A program made the position numbers and the translations under genes. Positions 17,202 through 27,222 of a stretch of 64,000 nucleotides of DNA are shown here, piece after piece. Position 1 is the first letter of the stretch; each line of letters starts with the position of its first letter. The notes beneath the pieces are model-generated. The model had not been told where the DNA came from and did no database searches. It saw only the letters and a program-made list of their open reading frames with translations. The stretch comes from Candidatus Auribacterota bacterium (lineage in GTDB: Bacteria > Auribacterota > Tritonobacteria > UBA1439). The stretch is from assembly GCA_026392035.1 (NCBI GenBank), contig JAPLCX010000108.1:4634-68633 (forward strand), given 5' to 3'.

Positions 17202-19562
17202 GTGATCCCCATGCTACGTAATAGAGGCATCGCATTCAAACTCAGCCTGTTCATCCTTGCCAGCTGTACGATTATTTTTGCCATTATCTTCAGCTACAAC
17301 TATCTACTCTCTCGCCGGATCATACAAAGGAAAATCGAAGAGAACGCAGGGAATCTCACCCTCCGCACCGTGAACAAAATTGAGTCGGTGCTCAACGCGG
17401 TGGAGAAGGTCCCGGAAAACGTCGCCTATGCGCTCGAGGAGTCGTCCTATACCAAAGAAGGGATACTGAACCTGCTTCGCACGGTGGTGGAGAACAACCC
17501 CGAGATCTATGGCTCGACGATATCGTATGAACCATATCTCTTCGATAAGAACGTGCGCCTCTTCGGTCCGTACTACTACAAACCCGGGGGGAAGCTGAGC
17601 TTCACCTACCTGCATGAGGGATACAACTATGTCGTCTGGGACTGGTATACGGTTCCCAAAAAGCTCGGCCGACCGGTGTGGACCGAGCCCTACTTCGACA
17701 AGGGCGGCGGTAATATCATCATGTCCACGTACAGCGTCCCCTTTTACCGGAACATCGGCGGCGCGAGGACATTCGCCGGCGTGGTGACCGCCGATGTCTA
17801 CCTCTCCCGGCTCCAGGACATCGTCTCCTCGGTGAAGATAGGGCAGACCGGCTACGCCTTCCTGATATCCAAGGGCGGGACGATCGTGACCCATCCCCGG
17901 AGAGAGCTGATCATGAAGGCGAAGCTGTCCCACCTCGCCGAGTCCCGGCACGACCCGCAGTTGAGCCGGCTCGCCGCCGAGATGGCCCAGGGGAAGAGCG
18001 GGTTTGAACCGTCAACCAGCATCATCACGGGAAAAAAATGCTGGATACGGTACGAGCCGATACCGTCCACGGGATGGTCGCTGGGGGTGGTCTTCCCCCA
18101 GGATGAGCTGATGGCCGACGTCACCAATCTGAGCAGGACAGTATTCATTCTCGGTCTGGCGGGGATCGCGGTGCTACTGGCGGTCATCGTCGCCATCTCG
18201 GGCTCCATCACCCGTCCTCTGAGAGCGCTGGCGGGCGCGACGAAGGATATCGCGCGGGGCACGCTGGATTTCACGCTTCCCTCCATGCCCTCCGGGGATG
18301 AGGTGGGGAGGCTCGCCGCGTCATTCATCTACATGAGGGATTCGCTGAAGAGGTACATACGCGAATTGACGGAGGCGACCGCCGCGAGGGAGCGGATGGA
18401 GAGCGAACTCAAGATCGCCCGCGATATCCAGATGGGGATGGTGCCCAAGGAGATCCCGCCGTTCCCGGGGAGGAACGAGCTGGACATCCGCGCCGTGCTG
18501 GAGCCGGCGCGCGAGGTGGGGGGAGATCTGTATGATTTCTTCTTTATCGATGCCGATCACCTCTGCTTCGTCATCGGGGACGTGTCGGGCAAGGGAGTCC
18601 CGGCGGCGCTGTTCATGGCGAGAACCATCACGCTGATCAAGGCCACGGCACGGGAGGTGATGAGCCCGGAAGAGATTTTGAGCAGGGTGAACAAAGAACT
18701 CGCGCACAACAATGATTCCTGCATGTTTGTCACGGTGTTCTGCGGCATCCTGAACGTCACGAACGGCGAACTCCGCTATGTCAACGCCGGCCACAACCCT
18801 CCGCTCATCGTGCGCGCGGGAGAGGGGGCTGAGTTTCTGAAGGGGGGGGAGAGCACCGTGCTGGGAGTCGAGGAGGATACGGAGTATGCAAAGGAGACGA
18901 TCTTCCTGCGCCCCGGCGACACGCTCTACCTCTATACCGATGGCGTCACGGAGGCATTTGATGGCACGGGGCAGATGTTTTCCGAAGAGCGGCTGCACGA
19001 CGAGGTGTCAGCCCACAGGAAGGAGTCAGTTGCCGAGCTGGCGGGGAACACGATGCGCATGGTCAAAGCTCATGCCAGAGGAGTACCCCAATCGGATGAT
19101 ATCACCATTGTGGTCCTCAGATACCTGGACGCCGTGGTGGTGGCGGCGAGTGGAGAGAATAAAACCATTGTCGTCAAAAATCGACTCGACGACATCCTGA
19201 CGCTCGCGCGGGAGATTGCCGCATTCGGCGAGAGGCACCGCCTGTCCGATGATGTGCTCCACGATGTGCGCCTCGCGCTGGAGGAGGTCGTGGTGAATAT
19301 CATCCACTATGCCTACGAGGATGCGCGCGAGCACGAGATCACCGTCCGCATGCTCATGGAAGAGGGAAATCTCGTTCTGGAGGTCAGGGACGACGGGAGA
19401 CCGTTTAATCCCCTGGACGTCCCGCCCCCCAATCTCGATGAGACGGCTGAAGAACGGCAGGTGGGAGGCCTGGGCATTTTTCTCTCGCGCAGGCTGATGG
19501 ACTCTGTGCAGTACAGGAGGGAAGGGGCGGAGAATATCCTGACCATGAGAAAGAAGCTGTAG
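17202..19562 (+). CDS. Sensor-HAMP-PP2C (SpoIIE/RsbU-type) phosphatase fused to a C-terminal HATPase_c (RsbW-like anti-sigma/serine kinase) domain
   Basis: N-terminal TM plus extracytoplasmic Cache-like region, second TM, and a HAMP-like segment. PP2C motifs GGDLYDFF ... FVIGDVSGKG ... YTDGVTEAFDG. C-terminal EEVVVNIIHYAY ... LEVRDDGRPFNP is a GHKL ATPase. Confidence 0.8.
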   Translation: MIPMLRNRGIAFKLSLFILASCTIIFAIIFSYNYLLSRRIIQRKIEENAGNLTLRTVNKIESVLNAVEKVPENVAYALEESSYTKEGILNLLRTVVENNPEIYGSTISYEPYLFDKNVRLFGPYYYKPGGKLSFTYLHEGYNYVVWDWYTVPKKLGRPVWTEPYFDKGGGNIIMSTYSVPFYRNIGGARTFAGVVTADVYLSRLQDIVSSVKIGQTGYAFLISKGGTIVTHPRRELIMKAKLSHLAESRHDPQLSRLAAEMAQGKSGFEPSTSIITGKKCWIRYEPIPSTGWSLGVVFPQDELMADVTNLSRTVFILGLAGIAVLLAVIVAISGSITRPLRALAGATKDIARGTLDFTLPSMPSGDEVGRLAASFIYMRDSLKRYIRELTEATAARERMESELKIARDIQMGMVPKEIPPFPGRNELDIRAVLEPAREVGGDLYDFFFIDADHLCFVIGDVSGKGVPAALFMARTITLIKATAREVMSPEEILSRVNKELAHNNDSCMFVTVFCGILNVTNGELRYVNAGHNPPLIVRAGEGAEFLKGGESTVLGVEEDTEYAKETIFLRPGDTLYLYTDGVTEAFDGTGQMFSEERLHDEVSAHRKESVAELAGNTMRMVKAHARGVPQSDDITIVVLRYLDAVVVAASGENKTIVVKNRLDDILTLAREIAAFGERHRLSDDVLHDVRLALEEVVVNIIHYAYEDAREHEITVRMLMEEGNLVLEVRDDGRPFNPLDVPPPNLDETAEERQVGGLGIFLSRRLMDSVQYRREGAENILTMRKKL

Positions 19563-19679
19563 ACCCTGTTCCCAACCTGCGTGCATCTCACCACCCCGGT
19601 CATCAACTCAGGGACCTGTGAGGCCCCGGCATGGAGTCGCCGGCGGGTAGCGTTCTCGGCCATGGCACGTCCACGGGAA

Positions 19680-22600
19680 TTATTCCCTTCCAGAGAACCT
19701 GCCGAAGCGGAGCGCGAGCGTGGGCATGACGAGGAGGTTGAGGGCTGTGGAGGTTATGAGACCTCCCAGAATCACGATCGCCATGGGCCCCTCGATCTCG
19801 TGCCCCGGCGCCCCGCTGTTGAGTGCGATAGGCAATATACCCATACCGGTAACCAATGCGGTCATGAGAATGGGGGTGAGCCGCTCAGAGGCGCCGCGGA
19901 GGGCCGCTTCCAGTCCCCAGTTCATCCCTTCGATAGAGACCAGGTGCTCGTAGTGCGAGATCATCATGATCGAGTTGCGCAGGGTGATTCCGAAGAGGCT
20001 CACAAAACCGACCAGCGAACCGATTGACAGGCCGTTTCCGGACAGCAGAAGCGCACACACTCCTCCCACTAACGAAAAGGGCAGATTCGCGAGGATGAGG
20101 GCGAGGTTGCGGTAGTTGGCGAACATGATGGAGAGCAGCAGGATAATCCCAAGGCCCACCAGCAGCGAATGCATTATCAGGTCGCGCCTCGAAGCCGCCT
20201 CCGCCTCCGCCGTACCCGTGAATTCGAGGTAAGTCCCTGCGGGCATGTGAACGGTTGCGGCGATCTTCTGTTTCGCCTCATCAACGAAGGAATGGACATC
20301 TCTCCCGGAGACGTTGCAGGTCACGGCCTGCACGCGCCGGGCGGCATCATGCTGGATCGCATAGCGCCCGGACGTCTCCCGGATGTCGGCAAGCCGGCTC
20401 AGGCGGACAAAGCTGCCGGTCGGGCTGTGGAGAGGCAGGTTACCCACCTCGGCGATGTTGTTCCTATCACGAGGGTCAAGGATTACCGTGACGTCGAATA
20501 CCCGGTTCCCGGCGTATACCTGGCCGACGGTCGCCCCCTGGTAAGCGGTCTGGATGACGTCCAGGACCTCAACGGGGTCGAACCCCCATTGTGCGAGGTC
20601 CTCGGATCGGAGCCGGATGAAGAGCTGCGGAGTTCCGGGCGGCGACTGCGCCTGGACATCCTCAGCCCCCCGGATGGCGCCCAATTCTTTCACCACTTCC
20701 TTTGCCTTCACGTCCAGCACCGAAAAATCATCCCCGAAGATATTGACCACCACCGCTGCCGTATATCCCGAAAGGGTCTCCTCAATGCGCTCGGTGAGGA
20801 ACGTGTTCACCACGAAGTTCACCCCGACAAATTCCGAGAGCGCCTTTCGTATTTCGTCCTGGGCGGATTCTGCCTGTTCACCGCTGAGCGGTTTCATGTC
20901 CACCTCGAGCTCGCTCGAGTGCGTCCCGAAAATATCGTCCGCCTCCGCTCTTCCCACGCGCTGGGCAACCGTCGCCACATAAGGGGTTTTCAAGAGAGCG
21001 AGGGTCGCCTGCCGGCCTATGTGAAGCGACTGTTCGATCGAAGTTCCCGGGGCGGCAGTCATGTGGACCAGGAAATGTCCCTCGCGGAGCTCGGGCAGGA
21101 ATTCCCCCCCGAGCAAAAACAGCCCCGCGGCGCCTATGATCGAACCGATCCCCACCGCGCCGATGACCGCACGGGGCGAGCGCTCGACCCGGAGAAGCAG
21201 TGCGCGGTACCTCTGCTTCGACCAGCGCACCATCAAAGGCTCTTTTTTCTCCAGCTCGTGGCTTCCCAGCAACAGGAAACACATGACAGGGGTTACGGTG
21301 AGGGCGACGATCAGGGAGGAGAGTATGGCGAAGATATATGCGATACCGAGCGGGGAAAACAGCCGTCCCGCCAGGCCGGACATGGTGAGCACGGGGACGA
21401 ATACCAGCGCCACCGCGAATGTCGCGTACACGACCGCCCCTTGCATCTCAAGGGACGCGTCATATATCACCTGAAAGACAGGCCGCGGGGTGGCCAGATA
21501 ACGGTTCTCCCGGAGCCTCCTCAACGTGTTCTCCAGGTTGATGACGGCATCGTCCACCACCACGCCGATGGAGATTGCCAGCCCTCCCAGCGTCATGATA
21601 TTGAGGCTGAAGCCGAAGTATTCAAGCACCGTCACCGCGGTCAAGAGCGACAAGGGGATGGCGACGACGGAGATAGATGCGGTGCGAAAGTTGGCCAGGA
21701 AGAGAAACAGTATCGCAATAACGAGGGCCGCGCCGATGAGGATCGAGATCTTCAACCGGTGCATCGCCGTCTCGATGAAATTCGCGGCGCGGAAGAGCTT
21801 CGGATAAATGGCGACGTCTTGCGCGCGGAGCATTGGGAGGAGCTCTTCCAACGAACGCTCAACCCCTTTTGTGACGTCGAGGGTGTTTGCGCCGTACTGT
21901 ACCCACAGATTGAGGATCACCCCTTCCTTCCCCATAATGGAAGCCGCGCTGATGGGCGGGGCCGGGGCTTCTGTGACGCGGGCGACATCCCCTACGGTGA
22001 GGTTCATCACCGTTCCGGAATCTCTCCCTGCCACCAGGGCGCTCCTGGCGAGCTGTTCGGCGTTGAGCGACTGCCCCTCGGTTTGAATGATGATATGCTG
22101 GTTCGGGGTATCGATGAAACCAGCCCCCCTGACGCCTGTGGCTTTGCGTGCCGCCGACAGCAGGTCGTCCATACCCAGGTTGTACAGCTTCAGTCGGTCG
22201 ATGCGCGGCTGGATCTGGAACTCTTTTATATCGCCGCCGAACACCGCGACCTTGGCAACGCCGGAGACTGCCAGGAGGCGTTGTTTGACCGTCCAGTCGG
22301 CCAGCGTCCTGAGATCCATCAGCGAGCGCGTATTCGAGGTCAACCCGATCGTGAGCAAATCTCCCGTGGACGAAGTGAGGGGAACCATTGCCGGGGCAGG
22401 GAACCCCTCGGGCAATTTTCCCACCAGGGTCGTCAAACGCTCGGCGATCACCTGTCGGTTCAGGTAAATGTTACTGCGAGGGGAAAAGTACATCGTGATC
22501 ACCGAGAGCCCCTGAATCGAGTCCGATCTGAGTGACTCGAGCCCCGGCACGCCGTTGAGGGCGTTTTCAATCGGCTGGGTCACCAGGGCCTCCACCTGTT

Positions 22601-22796
22601 CGGGGGCGAGTCCCGGGGCCATCGTCTGGACGGAGATCTGCGGCGTCGCGAATTCCGGGAAGACGTCGTACTTTGCTGTCGACAAAATATAGGCGCAATA
22701 ACCGAGCCAGGCGCATGCCAGCGCGATGATCACTCCCCGGAAACGGAGTGAAAATCGGACAACAGCGCCTAAAATCCCGCCCTGTGTGGCATTCAT
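19680..22796 (-). CDS. Heavy-metal efflux RND permease (CzcA/CusA family)
   Basis: 1038 aa with 12-TM RND architecture and large periplasmic loops. HME-type motifs in TM4 (AIPLSLL...GFSLNIMTLGGLAISIGVVVDDAVI). Co-operonic with MFP and OMF genes. Confidence 0.9.
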   Translation of the reverse strand: MNATQGGILGAVVRFSLRFRGVIIALACAWLGYCAYILSTAKYDVFPEFATPQISVQTMAPGLAPEQVEALVTQPIENALNGVPGLESLRSDSIQGLSVITMYFSPRSNIYLNRQVIAERLTTLVGKLPEGFPAPAMVPLTSSTGDLLTIGLTSNTRSLMDLRTLADWTVKQRLLAVSGVAKVAVFGGDIKEFQIQPRIDRLKLYNLGMDDLLSAARKATGVRGAGFIDTPNQHIIIQTEGQSLNAEQLARSALVAGRDSGTVMNLTVGDVARVTEAPAPPISAASIMGKEGVILNLWVQYGANTLDVTKGVERSLEELLPMLRAQDVAIYPKLFRAANFIETAMHRLKISILIGAALVIAILFLFLANFRTASISVVAIPLSLLTAVTVLEYFGFSLNIMTLGGLAISIGVVVDDAVINLENTLRRLRENRYLATPRPVFQVIYDASLEMQGAVVYATFAVALVFVPVLTMSGLAGRLFSPLGIAYIFAILSSLIVALTVTPVMCFLLLGSHELEKKEPLMVRWSKQRYRALLLRVERSPRAVIGAVGIGSIIGAAGLFLLGGEFLPELREGHFLVHMTAAPGTSIEQSLHIGRQATLALLKTPYVATVAQRVGRAEADDIFGTHSSELEVDMKPLSGEQAESAQDEIRKALSEFVGVNFVVNTFLTERIEETLSGYTAAVVVNIFGDDFSVLDVKAKEVVKELGAIRGAEDVQAQSPPGTPQLFIRLRSEDLAQWGFDPVEVLDVIQTAYQGATVGQVYAGNRVFDVTVILDPRDRNNIAEVGNLPLHSPTGSFVRLSRLADIRETSGRYAIQHDAARRVQAVTCNVSGRDVHSFVDEAKQKIAATVHMPAGTYLEFTGTAEAEAASRRDLIMHSLLVGLGIILLLSIMFANYRNLALILANLPFSLVGGVCALLLSGNGLSIGSLVGFVSLFGITLRNSIMMISHYEHLVSIEGMNWGLEAALRGASERLTPILMTALVTGMGILPIALNSGAPGHEIEGPMAIVILGGLITSTALNLLVMPTLALRFGRFSGRE

Positions 22797-23897
22797 CTAT
22801 TCGGCGACCTCGATAATTGTGTACTGGGAGAGGAACTCTTCCGATAAAAGCAATTGTGCGCCCTGCACCACGATGGAATCACCCGGCGCGGATTCGCCCG
22901 CGAGAAACCATCCGCCCGGCGAGGGCATTCCCGTGGAAATCTCACGGCGGATAAAATGAGTCTGATCTTTTTGGACGTATATCCATGCCTTCCCCTCCCA
23001 CCAGACAACTGCCGATTCGGGGATCAGCGCACCCTGATTTTCCGGGCCGGCCGGGAGATGCACGGTTATTGTCATGCCGGGGATGAGGCAACCGGGCGCC
23101 GCCGGGGAGAAATAAAAGAAATTCCTCGTGCCGGAAATGGGGTCAATGAGCGGGACGGAGGAGATAAGCTCTATCGGTACCGATATATCGCTCGCTGCGT
23201 TAACCCGGGCTGGCGTGAGCGGCGCTGACGAACGCTGGTCGGCAGGCGCTGCAATCTCGATGATCAAATCCTTTCCTTCGGCAACCCGGTCAAGTTCTTC
23301 ATGGTGATCACGTATCCAGCTCACCACGCCATTGCCCCACTGCGTACGGGCCTCAAGATCGAGGGCCTGGAGACGCGCCCTGGCGGCGCGCAGATTCTCC
23401 TCCTCCCCGCTCACTGTATTTTCTGCTCTGCGAAGATCTTTTCGAGCGGCGCCCTCTTCCCCCTGGTGCGGGCTTTTCATTCGTTCTAAGGTTTGTCGCG
23501 AAGAGGCAAGGGACAGGCGGGCCTTTTCCAACACGAGTGAGGACTTTGCATAGCGGTCCCGTAACTCGCGCAGCGGCTGGGGGTCCCTGACAATCCCATA
23601 GAGACTGCGGTCATTCCGGTACGCGGTAGGAGCTGGTGTTCCCGCGATGATCCCGCTGTTAGTTCTCGCATCTGTATCAATGGTGATGAGAGCGGCGCCA
23701 TTTTTAACTGATACCCTTTTGGCTCTTTTCTCGCCCTCATCAGATGCTTCTTCGGATGCGTGTCCCGGCTTGTGGCCGGCCCTGCTCCACATCAGAAGCG
23801 CGACGATGCATGCCGCTGCGGCATATGATGCAATTTTTTTCCGGCGCTTCGAGAGTTCCATAACCCGCCTTCTTTTCCTCCTGATCGCGCTGTTCAT
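22797..23897 (-). CDS. Efflux RND periplasmic adaptor (membrane fusion protein, CzcB/CusB-like)
   Basis: N-terminal anchor, coiled-coil hairpin region (LEKARLSLASSRQTLERM...LRAARARLQALDLEA), beta-barrel C-terminal part. Stop abuts the RND start. Confidence 0.8.
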   Translation of the reverse strand: MNSAIRRKRRRVMELSKRRKKIASYAAAACIVALLMWSRAGHKPGHASEEASDEGEKRAKRVSVKNGAALITIDTDARTNSGIIAGTPAPTAYRNDRSLYGIVRDPQPLRELRDRYAKSSLVLEKARLSLASSRQTLERMKSPHQGEEGAARKDLRRAENTVSGEEENLRAARARLQALDLEARTQWGNGVVSWIRDHHEELDRVAEGKDLIIEIAAPADQRSSAPLTPARVNAASDISVPIELISSVPLIDPISGTRNFFYFSPAAPGCLIPGMTITVHLPAGPENQGALIPESAVVWWEGKAWIYVQKDQTHFIRREISTGMPSPGGWFLAGESAPGDSIVVQGAQLLLSEEFLSQYTIIEVAE

Positions 23898-23979
23898 CGT
23901 GGAACAAGATAGACACCGAGTTGCGAGAAACGAGAAACTAGAAACGCGTGATTGTTTTCACGTCTGCGTTCATCCTGTT

Positions 23980-25389
23980 TCATTTTTTACTGAACTGTAT
24001 CTTTCGTGGATTTAACTCTGGCACAGGCGGAGGTGGGCCCGGCGTGCAAAATGACAGGCCGGTTGCCGCCTCAAGCTGCGCAACCGAACGCGGGAGCTTG
24101 CAGAAGGCGGCGATCCTCGAGAGCCTGGCCGAGTGTACCTGCTGGTGCGCAACAAAAATGGCAACACGTTGCACCTCTCCCGGTCGGGTCATCGCACAGA
24201 TGAAGTTATATTGCTGCTCCTGCTGGCGCAGGATTCCACCAGCGATCTCCAGCTCCCGTCGTGCGTTCTCATATCCCGTACAGGCCTGTTCGATCTCCCC
24301 AATCGCCTGAGACTGCAGGGAGGTGAATCGTGCCGAGGCCTCTTCGAGCCTGGCACGGGCTTCGGAAACCGGGCCCTGGTTGCGGTCGAAGACGGGCAGC
24401 GGCACGGAGGCTGAAATACCCCATTTATCCAGACCCTGGTCCCATTCAAAACCGGGCCCGAGCTGGATATCCGGATATCTGGCGGCCAGTTCCGCTTTGA
24501 GCGCTGATTGGCTCGCGCTGTATTCCGCGAGTGACGCCAGGACATCCGGCCGGCTGCGGAGGGACTGGTATTGAAGAGTGCGGCGATTCAGGTGGAGCTC
24601 GATATCTTCCGGAAGATCGAAAGAGATGGTGATGCCTTCGAGCGCGGTGTGGGATACACCGACAGCGTTCGCGAGTTGGACACGGGCATCGGCCCGTTGC
24701 TTTTGCCCCTGCGCGAGCGCGAGACGTGCTTCGCTGAGTAAGAGGCGCGCCCTTGTCACCTCGAGGGGAGAGAGCTCTCCCTCGCGAAGCCGTTGTTGGA
24801 GAAGCCTGTCGTTCTCTTCATAAAATGCGACATTCTGTTTCAGCAGCGCTTCTGTGTGCATTGCCTCATAGAGATTGATCATATTCACGCAGACGCGCGT
24901 CTGCACATCACTCGCGGTGTGCCGGATGTTCAGGCGCGCGGCTTCGGAGAGGCACTCGGCTTGCGCGATACGGTTGCGGCGCTTGCCGATGGCCTCAATG
25001 GGGAAAAACAAGGTAGATTCCGAGACCGAAACAGGTGTATCAGGTTCCGGGTTCGAGACATACTGATAGCGGGTATCCGCGGTGGGGTTCGGTCGTCTGG
25101 ATGCCGTCGTCACTCCCCCCTTGGCTTGAGCCCATCGGGCGCGTGCGATATCGAGATCGGGATGGTAATAATACGCGACCAGGGTGAGGGTTGTCAGATC
25201 CCAACTCTCCGGGGGCCATGGGGAGATTTGACGGTGCAGGCTCGCCTCGATGAATTCTCCGAGACGGGGATTATCCAGCGTGCGGGTTTCAAAGTCCGCA
25301 TACATCAAAGAGGAGGGAGTGGGACCTTGCTCGATCATTGAGCAGCCGGTGACCAGTGTAAGGACAAATAAAAGCAAAATCTTTCTCAT
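23980..25389 (-). CDS. Outer-membrane efflux protein (TolC/CzcC family), lipoprotein signal LVTGCSM
   Basis: Two-repeat TolC-like helical/beta architecture. Lipobox present. First gene of the czcCBA-like operon. Confidence 0.8.
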   Translation of the reverse strand: MRKILLLFVLTLVTGCSMIEQGPTPSSLMYADFETRTLDNPRLGEFIEASLHRQISPWPPESWDLTTLTLVAYYYHPDLDIARARWAQAKGGVTTASRRPNPTADTRYQYVSNPEPDTPVSVSESTLFFPIEAIGKRRNRIAQAECLSEAARLNIRHTASDVQTRVCVNMINLYEAMHTEALLKQNVAFYEENDRLLQQRLREGELSPLEVTRARLLLSEARLALAQGQKQRADARVQLANAVGVSHTALEGITISFDLPEDIELHLNRRTLQYQSLRSRPDVLASLAEYSASQSALKAELAARYPDIQLGPGFEWDQGLDKWGISASVPLPVFDRNQGPVSEARARLEEASARFTSLQSQAIGEIEQACTGYENARRELEIAGGILRQQEQQYNFICAMTRPGEVQRVAIFVAHQQVHSARLSRIAAFCKLPRSVAQLEAATGLSFCTPGPPPPVPELNPRKIQFSKK

Positions 25390-25420
25390 AGAGCGGAGTA
25401 TCCGGGATGCCTGAATGACA

Positions 25421-27115
25421 TTATCGGTTGAATATGAGCAACCTGTCCCCTTCTTGGCCCAGGAATCTTATGGGCGTTCTGACCTTTTCCCTGACTCCTT
25501 CGATATCATCCTCGTCAATTAATGTGAAGAGGCGGCCCTCTGAATCCCAGAGCCTGTAAAAGTCTGAATAGCCGAGGAACCACGAGGATTGATCACCCTG
25601 CATGCTCCCAAACTCAAGGTCACCCCCCACATCAACGCAGATAACCCGTCTCTCCGTATAAAAAGGCAAATCCTGCGCATAGAAGCCGTAGGTGCATACC
25701 TTGTCCTCCGGCCGCGCTCTTTCCTTCACGATCAGCGCGAGCTCTTTAACGGATCTTTCGCGGATCATTGCATGGAGGATATGGTTCGGGCCGACCACTC
25801 CCTCCATGTGCGTCATCAGGCACAGGCCGAGCAAAAGGCACACCATACTAGAATTTCTAATAGAGGAAGTTACAAATAAGGCCTCCACGAGGAGCAGGAG
25901 CGCGTATACCGCGCCGCCGACAGCGCTGAGGTACCGCGTATGCCCGAGGAGGGGATACGAGAAGACCGCGGCGGCGCCGCTCAGGAGAATAACTTGAAGA
26001 AAGCGCGCTTCCTTCTTGAATGATCGACAGCCCTCATCCATGAGGGCGGACAGGGTTTTCCCCGTGAGGATCGCCATCGCCGGGAAGGCGGGGAGGATAT
26101 AGGTGACCAGCTTTGAGGCTGAGAGTGAATAAAATAGAATGATGGCGCCGGCCCACACCGCGAGGAACAGATCGGAGTCATGCTCCGTATTTTGAGTTTT
26201 ACGGATTACCCTGGAGGCGGCTGCGGGGAAGAAACACGACCATGGGAACATGCAACCGAACAGGACAGGGATAAAAAACCAGAAAGGTTCGTAACGATTG
26301 TGGGAGGTGGTGAGGAAACGCACCAGATGCTCTCGAACAAAGAAGAACCGCACAAACTCTGGATTCCTGACGGAGACCAGGATAAACCAGGGTGCGCATA
26401 TCAATAAGAAGAGCGCCGTGCCGGTGGCGAGCCGCAGCTCCTTTAACAGTTTCCACCGCCGTGAGAAGAATAGATAAATAATAAATATACCGGCGGGCAG
26501 CACGACCCCGATGGGCCCTTTCGCCAATACCGCGAGAGCCATGCATGCGTAGGAGAGGTGGTAGTAAAAAATTGCGCGCGGCTCGCCCTCGCGCGACGCC
26601 AGGAGCAAGAAGCCGAGGCCCGAGGTCATGAGGCAGGTGAGGGTCATATCAATAATATTGAGTCTCCCCTGGACGAGATAACCAACGGAGGTTCCCAGGA
26701 TCAGTGCGCTCAGCAGCCCGGCCCTCCGGCCGTAGAGCTTCCGCGCTATGAACCAGGTGAGAAGAATTCCCGCAAGGCCGGCGAGCGAGCTGAAAAAACG
26801 AACCGCGAATTCGGTGTGTCCGAACACATGCAACGACAGAACGTTCAGCCAGTAGTACAGGGGGGGTTTGTCAAAATATTTTACATAGTTAAGGTGGGGA
26901 GTGACAAAATCACTGAGCTCGATCATTTCCCTTGGGATCTCGGCGTATCTGGCCTCATCGGGCTCTACGAGCGGATTTTGCCCAAGGCCGTAAAAAAAGG
27001 AAAATCCGAATAACAGCAGGAGGATCAGGATATCCACACTGCGCGGCATCTCCCTCGCGCGAAGGAAGGAATAAGCGATATTCAGGGGAGTTCTGATCAC
27101 ATTCGCTATCGACAT
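25421..27115 (-). CDS. GT39/GT83-family membrane glycosyltransferase (ArnT/PMT-like, undecaprenyl-phosphate-sugar dependent)
   Basis: N-terminal loop motif EPDEARYAEIPREM...KPPLYYWL is typical of ArnT/PMT family GT-C enzymes. Has ~12 TM helices and a C-terminal periplasmic domain. Confidence 0.75.
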   Translation of the reverse strand: MSIANVIRTPLNIAYSFLRAREMPRSVDILILLLLFGFSFFYGLGQNPLVEPDEARYAEIPREMIELSDFVTPHLNYVKYFDKPPLYYWLNVLSLHVFGHTEFAVRFFSSLAGLAGILLTWFIARKLYGRRAGLLSALILGTSVGYLVQGRLNIIDMTLTCLMTSGLGFLLLASREGEPRAIFYYHLSYACMALAVLAKGPIGVVLPAGIFIIYLFFSRRWKLLKELRLATGTALFLLICAPWFILVSVRNPEFVRFFFVREHLVRFLTTSHNRYEPFWFFIPVLFGCMFPWSCFFPAAASRVIRKTQNTEHDSDLFLAVWAGAIILFYSLSASKLVTYILPAFPAMAILTGKTLSALMDEGCRSFKKEARFLQVILLSGAAAVFSYPLLGHTRYLSAVGGAVYALLLLVEALFVTSSIRNSSMVCLLLGLCLMTHMEGVVGPNHILHAMIRERSVKELALIVKERARPEDKVCTYGFYAQDLPFYTERRVICVDVGGDLEFGSMQGDQSSWFLGYSDFYRLWDSEGRLFTLIDEDDIEGVREKVRTPIRFLGQEGDRLLIFNR

Positions 27116-27222
27116 ACCCTTGCCTCATGATCTGGCGGATGCTTCGACGATGGGGATGATACTACACAAACATTACCACGAAATGACGGGAAAATTATCT
27201 TTTGGTAATGTGCGAACAACGA

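Noticed and set aside
20169-22535. 788-aa + strand ORF running antisense through the CzcA-like RND gene (and similar long antisense ORFs at 51686-53362, 53555-55066, 9111-9998, 15426-16361)
   Set aside because: They lie entirely inside strongly supported genes on the opposite strand. They are Arg/Gly/His/Pro-rich low-complexity translations typical of shadow ORFs in high-GC DNA, and they have no motifs.
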